Source: Candidatus Heimdallarchaeota archaeon
GTDB taxonomy: Archaea > Asgardarchaeota > Heimdallarchaeia > Heimdallarchaeales > Heimdallarchaeaceae
NCBI GenBank assembly: GCA_019057375.1
Contig: DXJF01000107.1
Location: 1-47,072 of the forward strand
Direction of reading: 5' to 3'
Length of the DNA stretch: 47,072 bases
A model generated the notes under the pieces. The model was given only the letters and a program-made list of their open reading frames with translations. It did no database searches and was not told where the DNA came from. The position numbers and the translations under genes were made by a program. This document shows positions 46,056 through 47,072 of this stretch, in pieces (position 1 is the stretch's first letter; every line of letters begins with the position of its first letter).

Positions 46056-46892
46056 TTAAATAAAAGAAATATCAAATGAATTATCTCCTAACAAATAATA
46101 AGCAACTAGAGAAGGGTTTGTTTCAGTTTTAGGAATTTTCTTCATTTTGCTTAAAGTGGATTTAGTATCTTTTGAAAAATTCTCACTTGATGTGAAAAAC
46201 ACATTTTTCAAATCTTTAGTTTTAATAACAACCTCCAATTTCTCTTGTATTTCGTAAAAAAGTTGTTTTGTGTTTCGACTGTTAGATAGAATTTTCCAAT
46301 TAGTTTGGAAATAATTATACAGATTATATGTTTTGAACGATGTAGTTAAGCTCTTTCTCCAATCAATTTTCTTTAAACCTGTTAAGTTCAAATGTTCATT
46401 CTTCGATATTATGAAGGAATTAATGTGTTTGTCTAAACTTATTGTTTCCTTCCTGATTTCATTAATATTCTTAGCTTCCACGATGAATTTTGATAATTCT
46501 TCAACGAATAAACCAGAAGAAGAACCTAGTGTATGAGTATCGATAATATCAATACTTATTTCAGAAACAAGTTTCTTTGCTACCAAAGCATTCTCAAATA
46601 CAACTGGTGTTGCAAAGGAAGAATGAATACTGATAATAGAATCAAATTCTTCTGAGAGAAAAGTATAAAGCTCAACAAAATCCTTTATACTGGGAGCAAA
46701 AAGCTGTGCATTGGTATCGTTGGAAATTATTGAGAGTAATTTGTTTGTTTGTAATGTTTGAACCTGTGCTCGTTCTTTATGGGTTTCATTGTTAGAATCT
46801 CTTATTACATAACCTAGAGGAAAGATATTGTACTTTGGATACAGCTTCTGAGGTAGTTCAGTAGAACTATCTATAACGATTGCAGGATTCAT
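46056..46892 (-). CDS. Divergent DegV-like protein
   Basis: IVIDSSTELP, IISIHSS, IDTHTLGSSSG resemble DegV. The TSQ, SGS, GGR and HTGPG motifs are absent. Confidence 0.65.
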   Translation of the reverse strand: MNPAIVIDSSTELPQKLYPKYNIFPLGYVIRDSNNETHKERAQVQTLQTNKLLSIISNDTNAQLFAPSIKDFVELYTFLSEEFDSIISIHSSFATPVVFENALVAKKLVSEISIDIIDTHTLGSSSGLFVEELSKFIVEAKNINEIRKETISLDKHINSFIISKNEHLNLTGLKKIDWRKSLTTSFKTYNLYNYFQTNWKILSNSRNTKQLFYEIQEKLEVVIKTKDLKNVFFTSSENFSKDTKSTLSKMKKIPKTETNPSLVAYYLLGDNSFDISFI

Positions 46893-46931
46893 AATTACAT
46901 CCCATTGTAGATTGTAGTTTGATAAATATTT

Positions 46932-47072
46932 CTAATTATCGCTTTCTTGGATGGAAGAATCTTTAAGATGCTCATCAATAAATTCCTTATAATCCTCCAA
47001 CTGTACCTCAACTGGTGTAGGACCTTGCCAATTACATTCTTCATTTGAACAAGTAAAGTGATACATGACATA
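46932..47072 (-). CDS. 3' end of an unknown protein running off the window (CxxxxCxW motif)
   Basis: Open frame YVMYHFTCSNEECNWQGPTPVEVQLEDYKEFIDEHLKDSSIQESDN* from the right edge. Confidence 0.6.
   Translation of the reverse strand, partial: YVMYHFTCSNEECNWQGPTPVEVQLEDYKEFIDEHLKDSSIQESDN

Noticed and set aside
690-46536. The many 60-107 aa ORFs antisense to or nested in the real genes (e.g. 690-953, 2234-2440, 7334-7624, 12488-12733, 26209-26523, 38619-38906, 43253-43576, 44233-44499)
   Set aside because: These are shadow frames of well-supported genes, with no motifs or independent expression signals.
1-47072. rRNA, tRNA, CRISPR arrays, IS/transposases, prophage genes
   Set aside because: No GC-rich structural RNA stretches, cloverleaf T-loop/D-loop patterns, regularly spaced repeats or mobile-element ORFs were seen.

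Overview
Low-GC (roughly one third GC by eye) archaeal chromosomal DNA. It is most plausibly from an Asgard/Heimdallarchaeia-type genome. That placement is inferred from a RING-finger protein, type-2 MetAP, a Get3-like ATPase, PurP, TATA/leaderless promoters and a box C/D sRNA. Left to right: (1) etfB(3' end)-etfA-[orphan gene]-fixC-fixX. (2) A three-gene run: radical SAM protein, degenerate TIM barrel with Zn ribbon, and Zn-ribbon/RING protein. (3) A ~20 kb purine+pyrimidine biosynthesis supercluster (6405-26498). It has two pyrF-like genes, a PurC-PurS fusion, two purP genes and an HTH-phosphoribosyltransferase regulator. A palindrome TTGCA-N6-TG(C/T)AA recurs three times, at both of its divergent promoters. 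(4) Metallophosphoesterase, a hypothetical gene, a 580-bp non-coding gap with a candidate structured RNA, glpK, two tandem GT2 glycosyltransferases, map, htpX, two HADs, a helical-repeat protein and a membrane-anchored glycoside hydrolase. (5) An unannotated dual-guide box C/D sRNA (37616-37672) whose guides predict 2'-O-methylation of SSU C1402 and LSU C2590 (E. coli numbering). (6) A DegV/FakB array shaped by a ~1.26-kb tandem duplication, including a single-TGA pseudogene and a frameshifted fragment. (7) A surface protein, get3/arsA, tatD, a degenerate DegV and a partial gene at the right edge. No rRNA, tRNA, CRISPR array or transposase was seen. All family calls come from motif recognition by eye, not database searches.
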